Below, piece by piece: positions 14,131 to 27,710 of a stretch of 64,000 bases of DNA (its first letter is position 1; each line of letters begins with the position of its first letter). The stretch is from Antechinus flavipes (taxonomy: Eukaryota). The stretch lies in assembly GCF_016432865.1 (NCBI RefSeq), contig NC_067402.1, positions 135,160,001-135,224,000 on the forward strand, read 5' to 3'. The notes under the pieces are model-generated. The model did no database searches. It worked only from the letters and a program-made list of their open reading frames with translations, and was not told the origin of the DNA. A program made the position numbers and the translations under genes.

Positions 14131-14954
14131 TAGTGAGATAAAATGATAAGAATAACTTTCTTTTGTGACTCAGAAACTGACTCTGAAGTCAATTTTCCCA
14201 AAATTCAAATTCCAAAACACATTTGGCGTAATGATAGTGTAATAGCCTCTTCTGATAACAAGATTGGAATAAATGGATGGCTTCTCAAAAAGAATACTTT
14301 AAAAGATAGCACATTTCATTTATGGTAATCCCATACTATAATTCCTTTAAGGATCAGCTCAAGTGACACCTCTTTCAAGATTGTTCACTCCAGCTGGAAG
14401 CAATCCCTCCCTCTTAAAACTCAGCACTTAATTTGTATCATTCACATAGCATTTATTCTATTCAATTCAAGTCCCCAAGAATTTATGAGGTGTGTGGAAC
14501 ATGTTAAGCACTGTGCCAGATGATGAGGATACAGTGACAAAAACAAAACAATCCTTATTCTCAAGGAAATTAACATTCTATTCAGGGACATAACATTACA
14601 TTGAGAAGTAAATATAAAATATGTAGAAAATAAATATGAAATAATTTGTTAAGTGCAAATTAAGAACTTAAGGAATCAGAAAATTATTCTTGCAGAAAAT
14701 GGTACTACCTTGAAAGAAATTAAGAGGCATGGAGATGTGGAGAGAAAAGTCTTCCTGACATAGAAGACAGCTTATGCAAATGTGTAGAGGCCAGAAACAA
14801 AAGACAGGAGGATGGGTAGGGATGGGAGAGAAATCCCACTCATTGGGGCAACTTGATCAACTTTATGAGTTTATCTTATATGTAAGTGAGCTAATTTTTT
14901 GGGTACTTTGATGATATCTTTCTATGAAAGATTATGAACTTGCCCATTGATTTT

Positions 14955-15620
14955 CCTTTTTTTTTCTTTTTCTTTTCAATTGCATTTTGTTTTCCAAATA
15001 CATGTAAAGATAGTTTTCAACATTCATTTTTGTAAAATTTCATGTCACAGATTTTTCTCCCTCTTTCTTTTACCTTGCCCTCCAAGACAGCAAGCAGTCT
15101 GATATAGATTAAATATGTGCAATTCTTTTAAACATATTTTCATATTTGTCATGTTGTGCAAGAAAAATCAGACCACAAGGGGAAAAAAAATAAGAAAAAA
15201 CAAACAAAAAGTGAAAATATTAAGGTTCAATCCTCATTAAGTTTCCATAGTTCTCTCTCTGGTTGCAGATGGCATTTTCCATCCCAAGTCTATTGGAATT
15301 GTCTTGAATCACCACATTGTTGAGAAGGGCCAAGTCCCACAGCTGATCATTATATAATCTTGCTATACAATGTTCTCTTTGTTCTGCTCATTTCACTCAG
15401 CATCAATTTGTATAAGTCTTCCCAGGTTTTTATGAAATCAACTTGCTCATCATTTCTTATAGAACAATAATATTCTATTACATTCATATACCATAACTTA
15501 TTCAGTCATTCCCCAGTTGATTCTCAGTTCCTGAATACTACAAAAAGGACTGCTACAAATTTTTTGCACATATGGGTCTTTTCCCCTCTTTTATGATCTC
15601 TTTGGAATACAGACCCAGTC
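14955..15620 (-). mobile_element. L1 3' fragment
   Basis: Poly-T followed by reverse L1 3' UTR/ORF2-end motifs. Confidence 0.8.
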
Positions 15621-16034
15621 CATTGGTATTTCTTTAAGAGAACTGAAGACCTCTCCTTCACTCTCCATGATTGAAATTATTAAGTTGACTTTGGATTCTA
15701 TAAGTCATAATGAGCCTATAAAAGGAAGCTTAATACTTCAGATGGTCTTTTTTTTTGTGAGAACCAAAGAAAAAGCTGGACACAAACTAGTAACCACAGA
15801 GCAAAATCACTGTTTGGGCCTGGATAACAGAGAAGGGGCAGGAAACCCTTCTTCTAGAAGTCACTGATGACAACCCTGAAACTGATATATTATAAGTATA
15901 TGTGCTTTCATCCACAGAGCCTGAGAGGTTTTAACAAAAGGAAGCGGCAGACCTCTAAATTATATAACCTCTGGAGAATTTCCAGGCATAAGATTCTGGC
16001 CTCAAGAAACCACCTTTCTGAGTTTTAGGAATTC

Positions 16035-17380
16035 ATTTAAAACTAAATATTAAATTTTGCTTTTTTTCCAATTGACAGAAATCTATTTTTTTTCTCTGCT
16101 ACCTCTCCTTCCCCTATTGGATACAAAACAAAACAAAAACAACCTTATAAATATGTATAGTGAAGCAATGCAAATTTCTACATTGAACATGTCAAAAATG
16201 TCATTTTTTGGCACACTGTATTCAATATTTCTTTATTAGAAAGGTGTGTTCCATACTTCATCATTGGTCCTCTACAAGAAGGATCGAGTTTTCAAGAATT
16301 TAAAAACTGTTATTCTCTGTAATATTGTTGTTATATATATTTTCTTTGTTCTTTTTTCATTCTGCATGAGTGTATACATGTTTTCCCGGATTCTCAGAAG
16401 TGCTATCCCTTTTGTAATTTCTTATAATACAATATTTCATAATCTTAATATTCCATAATTTCTTCAGTCATATCTTAATTTTTAGGCATGCATTCAGAGC
16501 TACTATAAATATTTTTATGCATGAACATATTCTCTTTCTTTTGTGTCTTTGGCATATAGGTATAGTAAAGGTATTGCTGGGTCAAGGTATATACATAATT
16601 TAGTAATTTAAGGCATATAATTTTGTTTCAAATTCCTTTCCATAATTTTCGATTCAAAGTTCTCCAACTGATGCTACTGCCCAAAGCTCTTCCAACATTT
16701 GTCATTTTTTCTTATTATCATTTTTGCCTGTCTGATTGGTATGAGGTAGAACCTCAGAGTTGATTTAATTTACATTTCTGTCATTATTAATGATTTGGAG
16801 CATTTCTTCCATTTTAGTTGATAACTAGGATTTTTTTCTTTTAAAAATTGATATACTTTGAATTTTTGTCTGTTAGGGAATGATTCTTTTCTTCAACTTT
16901 TATATTACTTTCTTATATTTGATATGAGACCTTCCTTTTTCACAGAAACTTACTGCAAAGATTTTTCCCCAGTTATTGTTCCTGTTTGAATTTTTGCTGC
17001 AATGATTTTGCTTGTGCAAAAATATTTTTATTTGCTTTAATCAAAATTGTCTGTTTTATCTTCTGTGGTCCCCTCTATGCCTTCTTTGTGAATGAATTAT
17101 TTCCCTACTCATAGATATGAACAGTAATTCTTTTGTTGCATCTTTAATTTTTTTTAATGTTAAAGTCATACTCATTAGGGATTTATTTTGGCATGCAGTG
17201 TGAAATATTGGTTTATCCTAGGTTCTGCCAGGCTGCTTTCCAATTTTCCCAGAAGCTTTGTGAAATAGTGAAGTCTTCTCAACATCTGGGGTCTTTGTGC
17301 TTATCAAACATTAAACTATACAGTTCATTATCTTCCATTTTTAATATATTCTATAATATATTCTACTGATCAACCTTTCT
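16035..17380 (-). mobile_element. Old marsupial L1 (3' UTR plus ORF2 end)
   Basis: Reverse L1 motifs (ggtatgaggtagaacctcagagttg, gctttccaattttcccag). Confidence 0.7.
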
Positions 17381-17632
17381 ATGTTGTTGTTCAGTCATTT
17401 CAGTCATGTATGATTCTTTGTGACCCCATTTGAGGTTTTCTGGGCAAAGATACTGAAGTGGTTTACCATTTCCTTCTCCAGCTCATTTTACAGATGAGAA
17501 AACTAAAGCATATAAGATAAGGGATTTCCCCAGTCACACAGCTAGAAGTGTCTGAGACCAGATTTGAACTTAGGAAGATGAGTGTTCCTGTTTTCAAGCT
17601 CCTCACTCTATCTACTATGCCATCTAGCTGCC
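17381..17632 (-). mobile_element. MAR1 CORE-SINE (RTE-type tail)
   Basis: ttgttgttcagtcatttcagtc...ggcaaagatactgaagtggtttaccatttccttctccagctcattttacagatgag...tagctgcc. Confidence 0.85.
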
Positions 17633-18119
17633 ATTATCACTCCCCACAACCAATAACAAAACGTTTGGATGATTAGTGCTTTTTAATAATTTTTTTTAAT
17701 ATTTTGAAAAAAAGAAAAAATATATTTTGTACTGCCAAGCCCCATCCCTTCTTGCTGTGTGGTGGGAGTTCTCTAACTTTAGCTTTCCAAAAGATTGAAG
17801 ATATTAGATTTCTTAACTGAGGTTCTACTGTGTAGCTGTGCAGATTGATGAGCAGCAAGAGACAATTATTATTAGACTAGGAGCAAAAAAACTACCTAAA
17901 CTTTTACCTTTGACATGAATGTAAGTAATTTATACCCTTCTAGTCTAATGGAGAAAAAGGGAACAATTTTAATTCATTCTCTTTTGAGGGTAATCTAGAT
18001 TTTTAGGGTATCAGACAACAAGTATAGAGAGCTCTCTTCATCACCGAATAAAGTTTGTACTCAACAGAATGTGAGGGGGAAAGTTACTTAAAAACTTTAG
18101 ATTTATTTTCTTTCCTAGG

Positions 18120-18320
18120 AAAATCCAAACATCTTAGGATCATAAGAAGGAACCTCAGAGGCTTTTGTCCAATTCCCTCATTTAAAAGATAAGGAGACTG
18201 AAGTCCAGAATGGTTAGTTGACTTGCCCAAGATCACATAGCTAATAAATATCTTAAGTTGCAATTTGAATCCAGGTCTCTCTACTTCCAAGTTCAGAACT
18301 TTATCCACTACACCCTCACT
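18120..18320 (-). mobile_element. MIR3-type SINE
   Basis: Reverse CORE (gataaggagactgaag...gacttgcccaagatcaca). Confidence 0.65.
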
Positions 18321-20587
18321 ATTAGGGTACTATACAGATCTTGGGGGATGGAGGGGGCACTAGAACTCACTGGAAAAGGGACAGTAATTGTATAAACTAC
18401 TTATGGATTGGTATATATTCTTTGTTTTGATTTTCATTTTCTGTCAGGTAAAATAAAAGCTGTTCTTTATCTGATACACATTTTTATCTTGCATAGGAAC
18501 TGGCTTTTTGTTTCTGGGTTTTTTTTTTTTTTTTTTTTATTCCTAACAGTGGAGGCATAGTTTAAGTCAAATTGTGGGGTTCCCAGAGAAAATTGGTTAG
18601 GAAAAAAAGAAGCAGAGAAAATTTAAGGGAGGGATTTCCCCCAAGATTGAAGCAACTGTATATTTGTTCAAAGATTGAGATGCTAGAACACAGGATGCCT
18701 ATCCAAAAGGTATTTCTGGGATTCTTATGTGCTACCCAACACCTTAAATTTTCCCAGCAATGCTGGGGTATTTAACTTTTTGTTAGCACAAAGAAGGAAA
18801 TTCTTTTTTTTTTTTTTGAATGCTTCCCTCGAATATTGAATGACATATATCAGTGTACAGTTTCCAGAAGGGCGTCTACTAAGTTTGTTTCTTAACACTA
18901 ATGACAGAAACTTTTGAACAAGAAAGAGATCCAAGGCAAGACAGTAGATTTCTGTAGTCTTCAATTAAATGTAATAATAATCAAATTTTTAAAATGACAA
19001 TTTGTACCCTGTAGGTGATTCATTTCCAACGAGTACTTGCTACATTTGATGATATTACATGCGTGTCACTATTCACCTACCACAGTATGGTGTGTTTCAG
19101 TAACAAATTTTAATTGATCAGATGAAACATTTCCTCCATCGGAGAGAAGGGAAGAGGGAAACAACATATCAAAAATGAGGAAATGAGAAAAAATATGAGC
19201 TACTGTAGAATTTGGCACCGTTCTGTCAAGCACGCTAAGCCACCCAGGCAGGCAGCCAAAAACCCAGAGTACACTCTCCTTCAGTCCAGACTAAATACAA
19301 ATAATGGATGATTAAAAGAGTTAATTATATTGAAAAAGAATTAGCAATAAGTAAACATGAGATTGTTACGGTAATAAAAGAATTTGATGTGTATTTGGGC
19401 TATCAACTGGTTTAATTATAAATGTGGTTTTCAGTGAATAACAACATCAACAACAAATTTTTTTTTAAGTCACACATTGATTTTTGTGGTTTATGCCAGC
19501 AGAGACAATAATGCTAATATGTAAGCTAACAATTAACTGTCAAAATAGAGGTTGCAGAAAACACGTACACACACACATGCATACTTACCCTTCCTAAATT
19601 GTGTTTTGCAGAACCTTTTTATTCAATGAAATGTGGGCCCCCCAAAAAATTACATTATAAGTATAGGTGCAGTTGTGTTTTTTCATTATTACCAGAGGCA
19701 TATCTAGGTATTCTAATCACTGAGGTAAATTTAATGCGATGAAATGCAACAAATAGTTCTTCTCATTTTGGTGCAGTCATGCTGGATAATCCCAAAAGAG
19801 GGCAGCGTTGAGGAGGGAAGGCTGAGTATGTGAAGGTAACGTCTTCATTTTTGCTCAGGTGTTGTCTTGCTGGACAGCCCTGGGAAGATGTGACAAAGGT
19901 AAGCAGTGGAAACAGCATATGCATAGGACAGTTTATTCCAAGTTTGCCAGGCAATTTCCAGGAGAAGACAAAAGGGAGGAAACTATGGCAGAATATGGTG
20001 GAACAATACTTGAGGTGAGTTCCCAGATTAAAGCAAATACTATTTGACTATTTTTTTACACTCCCAAACTCTGTGAGGGTGAGTGAAGGATGTCAGGAGT
20101 AGGAATGCAAGATGAGAGGGCTATGTAGAAATGTTTGTGGTCAGAGGAAGATAGAATCCCACAGAAATAATTTTCATCTGATAAGGTAGAGGCAGATATC
20201 TAATACTTCTTGGAGTTTCTTATCTTACCTTAAAACCATGGAATTGCTTCTTCAAAGACTTGGAAAAGAAATAAGACAAAGTTACTCATATGAGGTGAAT
20301 GAATAATCAACTTTGTTTTGGTTATTTTTGGATGTGAATATACACTGGTCCTTAAAGAACATGTGTATTTATTTGGAAATTACTGTAAAATTGAACGTGA
20401 TGCTACTAACAAGGGAATTAATTGAAATTATCAGGATCTCAGAGATACTTCATACCACATTTAAGTGCCAAGTATGATTGTTCCCATACTTTAAAGGCTA
20501 ATTAGATAGACAACAATATTATGAAAATGTTCTAAAAATCTCACATAGATTCACTGGTAGGACCAGTTTTTTTTGTTTTTTTTTTTT

Positions 20588-20600
20588 TGTGTGTGTGTGT

Positions 20601-20646
<46 letters not shown>
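20588..20646. repeat. (TG)n microsatellite
   Basis: Direct reading; one interruption. Confidence 0.98.
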
Positions 20647-20649
<3 letters not shown>

Positions 20650-21004
20650 GGGTCCCATTGAGTCCATGGAGGCAGCACTGGAATGAGGGGTTTACCAGAT
20701 AATGGAGTTTTTCAGATAATAGAGTTTGGGGTGAGTTGAGAAAATGGATCTCACTGGCAGACAGCTGAACTTGAACACAGCTTGCATCTGGATAGCCTCC
20801 AAGGGAGATAAAATGATCTTATTCTTTTGTCTCTCAGCCCCTTGTCTATTTCCTTGCAATGCAATTTATAAACTGGTCTTTACATCCCACAAAACCCCTT
20901 TTTGGCTTTCCTTAATCTGTGATTTTGGTCTTGCTTTTGTCTCTACTACTATCTCCTGGTTTTGATTCTTCCAAACAGTTGACTTCTTCACTCAATCCCT
21001 GGTG

Positions 21005-21790
21005 TTATTGAAATCATGGATCTTCAAAGTTGGAAAGTGCCCCACTGGAAATCTATTCTAACCGGCACCTAAAAAAGAATCCCCACTACAACATATGAGT
21101 CAAGTGATCATATGGCCTTTTCTTGAAGACTTCCAATAAGAGAGGAGCTCACTACTTCCCTAAATCGTCTTTTGATGACTCTGTTAGAAAATTTTTTCCT
21201 GAAATCAAGTCTACATTTGCTTCTGCAGTTTTCACTGGCAGCTTAATTCTTTTTAAAATTTTTTATTAAAGCTTTTTATTTACGAAACATATGCATGTAT
21301 AATTTTTCAACATTGATCTTACAAAACTTTCTGTTCCAAATTTTTCCCTCCTTCCCCCCATTCCCTCCCCTAGATGGCAAGTAGTCCAATACATGTTACA
21401 TATGTTAAAATATATCCAATATATGTATACATATTTATACAGTTATCTTGCTGCAGACTGCTTAATTCTTTATGGTCACCCAAAACAGTTTCAATCCTTG
21501 TTCCATGTAACAACCTTCAAAATGCTTAAAAATATTTATCACTTTCCCTTTTAATCTTCTTCAAGTTAAACACCTCTGCTTCATTCCAACAAACTTCATA
21601 AGGCATAGACTTGAAGCCCTTCATCCTTCTGATTGCTTTTCTTTGGACACTGGATACTTTCCTACTAATTATCTTTCTGAACTGTGAACCTATCAGCATG
21701 CCCATAGTACTCTAGATGTGTTCTGACCAAAAGAAGGAACAATTGAACTGTCACCTTTTTTATTCCTGGAATCCATCTTTCTTAATACAG
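21005..21790 (-). mobile_element. L3/CR1 fragment split by a young L1
   Basis: CR1-type motifs (aatcatgga...gttggaaag, gagctcactacttcc, ttcttcaagttaaaca) on both sides of the L1. Confidence 0.55.
21253..21459 (-). mobile_element. Young 5'-truncated L1 3' end
   Basis: 12-bp TSD gcttaattcttt at 21241-21252 and 21460-21471. Confidence 0.9.
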
Positions 21791-21809
21791 CCCAAGAAAG
21801 TGATTAATT

Positions 21810-22430
21810 TTTTTTAATTTTTTAATGTTTTATTTATATCTCTTGTCTTTATATCATAGTCATTTTCTATTTTTTTCTATTTCTATTATTCCCCTACCCC
21901 CTCAAAACCCTCCCTTGTAGCAAGAAAAAACAATTTAGCAAAAATAATTCATATGATAGTCTGATCTAATAGTTTCCAATCTGTCTTGAAAGTTGAAGTA
22001 TATTTCATTATCTCTTTCACAGGACCTTGACTGCTTTTCCTCCCATTACTCAGAGTTCAATTTGCTTTAATATTTTCACTTACACTATTCTAATCATCAA
22101 GTTTATTGCTTCTTATGGTTTCACGTATTTTATTTCATCAAGTGGTTCATGTAATTCCATGTTTCCCTGAATTCCTCACATTTGTTATTTCTAACTGCAG
22201 AATAATATTCTATTGCATTCATATATTATAGTTCTTTCAAATATTCCTCAATTGATGGACACCATACTTTGTTTTCAGGTTTTTTTTTTTTTTGCTACCT
22301 ACCACAAAGAAGGCTGTTTTTAATATTGTGGATCTTTGTTGCTGTCTTTCACTTCCTTGGAGTATATAGCAGTAATGTAATTGCTGGGTTGGAGGGTATG
22401 AACCATTTAATCACTTTTCTTGAGTAAGGG
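21810..22430 (-). mobile_element. Old marsupial L1 3' fragment
   Basis: T-rich tail and reverse L1 motifs (aataatattctattgcattcatata, ttgatggacacc). Confidence 0.6.
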
Positions 22431-25092
22431 TAGAGTTTATTGAATTAATTATCTCTAACCCACTTAAAGTAAGTAATAAGATACACTGATATTTTAGTCA
22501 GGTGAGAATATATCTTAAACAATCAAATTTCTTATCTAAGTGCGAAAAATTCTTGAAAGTCATTGGATGAACGAAGGGACACTTTGAACAGCAAAAAACT
22601 TAGACAATACCAAGCAAATCCCAGAATTAAGAGAGAATCAAGAAGTGGAAAAGTAGCAAGTCAGGGCCCAAGCAATTTCATTCAGCTAAGCCCTCAGAAA
22701 GAGTCAATTCAGCAGGAGAACTTCTTGGCCTCAACTCCTCTCCCCGCCCCCCCCCCCCTTCAACTCCCTTGGCCAGAATGTTGTTAAGAAAGATTTCTCT
22801 GTAACATGTCACTGTAAACTTAGAGAAGTTGTCTAACCTAATGCACATGCTTCCAAGATTCAGCCCTCATTGATCAAAATCGTTAATATATGAGAAAAAT
22901 TCCAAACAAATCTGGAATGGATAGACCACTTCACAAAGGGCATTAACAGAGCATCACCGTGTCTATCATCCCATGGCTCCTTTCAAAAGCAATTAATTTT
23001 GAAGAATGCCAAGTCACACTTTTGATGAATTTTACATTAATATGTACATTAATCTTTCCTCCACCCTCTTCTTTAGATAAACTGCTGTCTAAAACCATTG
23101 TACACTGTGCTGAGCCTAATTCAATTTGATTTCTTTGCAGTTTATTCCAGTACTGGAATGAAATGAGACATTCATAGATCATTTAGCACTTAACAAAAAA
23201 AAGTTTTATTTAGCCATAGCATCGAAAAAGATACTCATTGAGGGAAAAGCACTCATCTTGGGTGGCCATCATTCCCTTCAACCCCGAGAAAAAAAAGTCA
23301 ACAGGCTCAGTCTGTCAAAAAAATTTTATTGAGCACCTAATATATGCCAATTGCTGGGTTGGAGAGTATAAAACATTTAATCACTTTTGTTGAGTAAGCT
23401 ATAATACAATAAAGACAAGAAGATTATAAATCTGTTTGGTAAAGAAAACACTCAAAAGGAAATCGAAAAAGGATGAGATGTGCTAGGGGCATGATAAAGA
23501 TCAAAGGAATTCAGCCAAGTGGGAAATAAAAGATTCATGCATTGTTGGGACATCTGCTCATTCTGAAGGGCCACAATTCTAGATGGGTTAATTGTTAGAT
23601 GAACGGGAAGCTAGTTTAATATTCTCTGAGGCTATTATTGATTTCAGTTTTAGAATCAATAGCCCCCTTGGTTTTGAGGGAAAGAACTAGCTTAACTTAC
23701 ATTGATGATAGCTAGAAATCCTGGTCTATTATATCATAACTCTTCCAACTTAGGCATGAGAAGTTGATTTTTTTTTAGAAAAAGAAAAATAAGATTCACA
23801 TTTATCTTGATTGTATTTCATTTTATTACATTCAGCAATATATTCTAACTTGTTAAGCTTTCTTGGGATCTTGATTTAGTCATGCATTGTTATAATGTTA
23901 TAAATGTAAGGGAAGGGAAATTGAATAATCAGAAAAATTTATTTATTCTTCTTTCCCACAAAGCTATCTAGCATTCTCTTCATGTAGTCTGGCCATTTTG
24001 CCCCAAAGTATCATATTCTCAATTGCAGAAAGGCCAAATTCTTGCTGTAAAAAAATATTCTGGATCTACATTTCTGTTTACTGGAAAGTTAAAATTTCTT
24101 AAGAATAGGAAGTTGTCATGATATGACAATATTGAATTGTCTCCATAAATCTCTGGGTAGAGGCTGGGCTGGGATTTACTGAAGATTATGGGTAAGTAGG
24201 ATCTACAGTTCAGGTTATGCTTCAGGAGCAAGGGAGAAAGACATTGGGGACAATCCTTCAATGGATGTGGGAATGGGGATCAAGAAACAACAACCTAATC
24301 CAAGAGAGGTTGGAATTCTCCCCCACCAAGCTCAATTGATAGAGTTAAAGGATATAATCATAGATGAGATATTAATGTATTAACAAGATGTCAAAACCCT
24401 GTAAGCCCTTTAAGAAGTATAAATGCCTTTTTTCTGATGACCCATTTCTCCTTCTTTTACATTAATAACACATTGCATGACTGAACCAGGAACAGGTGTT
24501 GAGCAGGTCTAATCTTATTGTTTAATAAGTTCTATCTAGAAGAAGTTCTCAGTTCAATTTTTCATTGCACATCTTGGTAATATATCTCCTCCATAAACTA
24601 GTCTATCAGAAACAGTTGATTCCATTAGAATTTCTATGCCATCACTTCTTTTGGAGATAGTAGATCCATTTATTCTAAGTTTTAGCAAAGAAACTTCACT
24701 ATAAGCTTCCTGTAACTTCTAGAAGAATGTCTCTCTTTGCTATTCTCAGCAATATAATGATTCACAGCTACCCTGAAGAACTTATGATGAAAAATCCTAT
24801 CTAAAGCTATATTCCCTCTTTTTTTCTGTCTCTCTGTCTCTGTCTCCCTCCCTTTTACATTAAAAGAGGGGTTTTGTTTTAGGGGAATATCTATATTTTC
24901 TTTCACATCATGACTTTTATGGAAATTTTTTTTTATAATTTCACATTGTAATTTATAATTTCTTAATGAGAGTGGGGCTAGGGATAAGAGAAAAGTTTAG
25001 AACTCAACATTTTAAAAACAAATGCAAAAAATTATTTTAAATGTAACTGAGGAAAATTAAAATATTTTAAAAAACTAAAGAAGATTGTCTCT

Positions 25093-25597
25093 GCTTACAT
25101 GAACTGATGCTGAGTGAAATGAGCAGGACCAGAGATCATTATATACTTCAACAACAATATTATATGATGATCAATTCTGATGGACCTGGCCATCTTCAGC
25201 AATGAGATGAACCAAATCAGTTCCAATGGAACAGGAATGAATTGAACCAGCTACACCCAGAGAAAGAACTCTGGGAGATGACTAAGAACCACTACATAGA
25301 ATTCCCAATCCCTCTATTTTTGTCTGTCTGCATTTTTGATTTCCTTCATAGGCTAAGTGTAAACTATTTCAGAGTCCAATTCTTTTTGTTCAGCAAAATA
25401 ACTGTTTGGACATGTATACTTATTTTGTATTTAATTTATATTTTAACATATTTAACAGGTATTGGTCAACCTGCCATCTGCGGGAGGAGGTGGAGAGAAG
25501 GAGGGGAAAAATTGTAACAAAAGATTTGGCAATTAATTGTCAATGCTATAAAACTACCTATGCACATAACTTCTAAAGAAAAAGCTATAATAATAAA
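25093..25597 (+). mobile_element. Young 5'-truncated L1
   Basis: Perfect 16-bp TSD aaagaagattgtctct at 25077-25092 and 25598-25613; L1 ORF2-end/3' UTR motifs. Confidence 0.92.
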
Positions 25598-25964
25598 AAA
25601 GAAGATTGTCTCTTATTTATGAGCATGAAGTATTCATGGATCAGATACCTCAATACTTTGCCAGGTCCGCAATAAACTTTTTAGGTACCACATACTCATT
25701 TTCTTCCTATTTAACTCCATGATTCACCTCCTCTTACCCTTCCAAAGATGGAATAGTTTTAACTGACAGTAGTAAGACGGATCCAATTGACTTGAGATAT
25801 CACATAGTTTTCAGTGATTTTGTAGTTCAGCATAATCTGGGCAGTACTTAGGACATTAAATTGGTTCCATTCTATTTATTGCCAAGAGACCGGTAGGAAA
25901 AGTGGAATTTTAATTATTTTAATTATTTAATTTAATTTTAAAAGATAGAAGTTAGATGGTTCAA

Positions 25965-26250
25965 TAATTTCAATTCAGGAAAATTTATTAAGTACCTCCT
26001 CCTATATGCCAGGCAATATGCTCAGCATCAGGGACACCAAAAAAATAAATAAATAAATAAATAAGTAAAAAACAAACAGTCCCTGACTTCAAGGAGGTAA
26101 CTATCCAATGAGGGAGAAAATACACAAACATATATAGAAACCAAGCTATATGCAGAATAAAGAGGAAATAATTAAAAGAAGGGGGAGCAGTGGAATTAAG
26201 AGGGTTTAAGGAAGATTCCCTATAGAATACAGAATTTTAGTTGGGACTTA
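25965..26250 (-). mobile_element. L2 3' end
   Basis: aaatttattaagtacc...tatgccaggc reverse terminus with an A-rich expansion. Confidence 0.6.
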
Positions 26251-26488
26251 GAGGAAGAAGTACTACAGTTCTTAAAACATATAACAGTTCTCAGAATGGA
26301 GAATTAAGGGCTGGTACCAACAAACACAAAGGACCTCCAAATGATTTCTAGAATTGATTTTCTATGATGACATGAATATTTTTTAGAGTTTGAAAAATAT
26401 TACATGTTCTACAAAATAGAGTGTTTGCTTTTTGTAGAACATGTAATAGATTCTACATAATGTGTACACTTGTAACAAATTAGCAGAG

Positions 26489-26693
26489 ACTTGATAATTG
26501 TAGAATTAGCATGATAATTGTGGAAATATGTATAAAAGAATTAACATATTGGATTACTTATCATCTAGAGGAGGGGGTTGGGGGGGAAGGGAAGGAAAAA
26601 AATTTGGAACACAAGGTTTTGCAGATATAATTGTTGAAAATTATCACTGCATATGTGTTGAAAATTTAAAAAAAAACTTTAAATTAAAAAAAA
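26489..26693 (+). mobile_element. L1 3' end
   Basis: G-rich block plus A-tail; 13/15 TSD aacaaattagcagag (26474-26488) / aacaaattaactgag (26694-26708). Confidence 0.85.
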
Positions 26694-26897
26694 AACAAAT
26701 TAACTGAGTCCAGCAAAATGAATCCATACAATAGTCAAGTCCAAAAATTTGTCTCTGTACTTTGTGTTGCTCACTTCTCTATTGAGAGGTGAGTAACATG
26801 CTTCTTAACAGATCATCTGGAGATATGATTACTCTGAGGTCATTACTCAGAGTTCCTAAATCTTTCAAAATTGTTTTTCTTTACAATGTTGTCTGTG

Positions 26898-27053
26898 AGG
26901 CAGCTAGGTGGCGCAGTGGATAGAGCACTAGCCTTGAAGTCAGGAGGACCTGAGTTCAAATTTGATCTCAAACACTTAACTCTTCCTTGCTGTGTGACTC
27001 TGGGCAAGTCACTTAACCCCAATTGCCTCAGCAAAATAAACAAACAAACAAAA
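26898..27053 (+). mobile_element. Full-length young WSINE1
   Basis: A-box ggtggcgcagtggatag, B-box gagttcaaat, tail (A3C)n; 13-bp TSD aatgttgtctgtg at 26885-26897 and 27054-27066. Confidence 0.93.
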
Positions 27054-27079
27054 AATGTTGTCTGTGTATTAATTGTTTT

Positions 27080-27115
<36 letters not shown>

Positions 27116-27429
27116 TGTTGTCTGTGTATAAATTGGTTTCCTGACTTTGTTCACTTCATTCTACTACCCAGCATCTACATCATTTCTTATGGTGCAATAA
27201 CATTTCATTACATTCATATACCACTACATAGTAGAGAATGTCTAGCCATTCTCTCATTAGCTAAAAAAAGCACACCTTTAAATTTTAGTTATTTTATATT
27301 CTCCTTCCTTACCCCATCTCCTTTTTTATTTTTAAAAAATTATTTATTTATCTAAAATTCAAATACAAAATACAAAAAAGAAAAACATTGCTATGTACAC
27401 AGTAGAACATAAAAAAGGATTCAAAATAT

Positions 27430-27710
27430 AAGGCAATACACTTGTTCGTTGATGAAGAAAGAGAGCCATCTACCACCCAGAGAGAGGACCGTGGGAACTG
27501 AGTGTAGACTACAACATAGCCTTCTCACGCTCTGTTGTTGTTTGCTTGCATTTTGTTTTTTCTCAGTTTTTTTCTTCCTTCTTGATCTGATTTTTCTTGT
27601 ATAACTGTTAGATGACCATATAAATATGTATACATATATTGGATTTAACATATATTTTAACATATTTAGCATGTAGGACTGTCCTGCCAGCTAGGGGAGG
27701 GGGTGAAGGA
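27430..27710 (+). mobile_element. L1 3' UTR fragment
   Basis: gagagccatctaccacccagagag...ttgtttgcttgcattttg...ggggagggggtgaagg. Confidence 0.75.

Noticed and set aside
18550-20014. Plus-strand exon-like segments (18550-18709, 19859-19898, 19962-20014) with good GT/AG sites
   Set aside because: The first has stops in all three frames, and one implied intron is only 63 nt. Such motifs are common by chance and there is no promoter evidence.
20696-20811. Three AGATAA sites plus an E-box
   Set aside because: Two of the sites come from one 15-bp tandem duplication; enhancer function cannot be supported from sequence alone.
26898-27053. tRNA gene (A/B boxes)
   Set aside because: The boxes belong to WSINE1/MAR1/MIR heads; no cloverleaf-complete tRNA, rRNA or CRISPR array was seen anywhere in the window.
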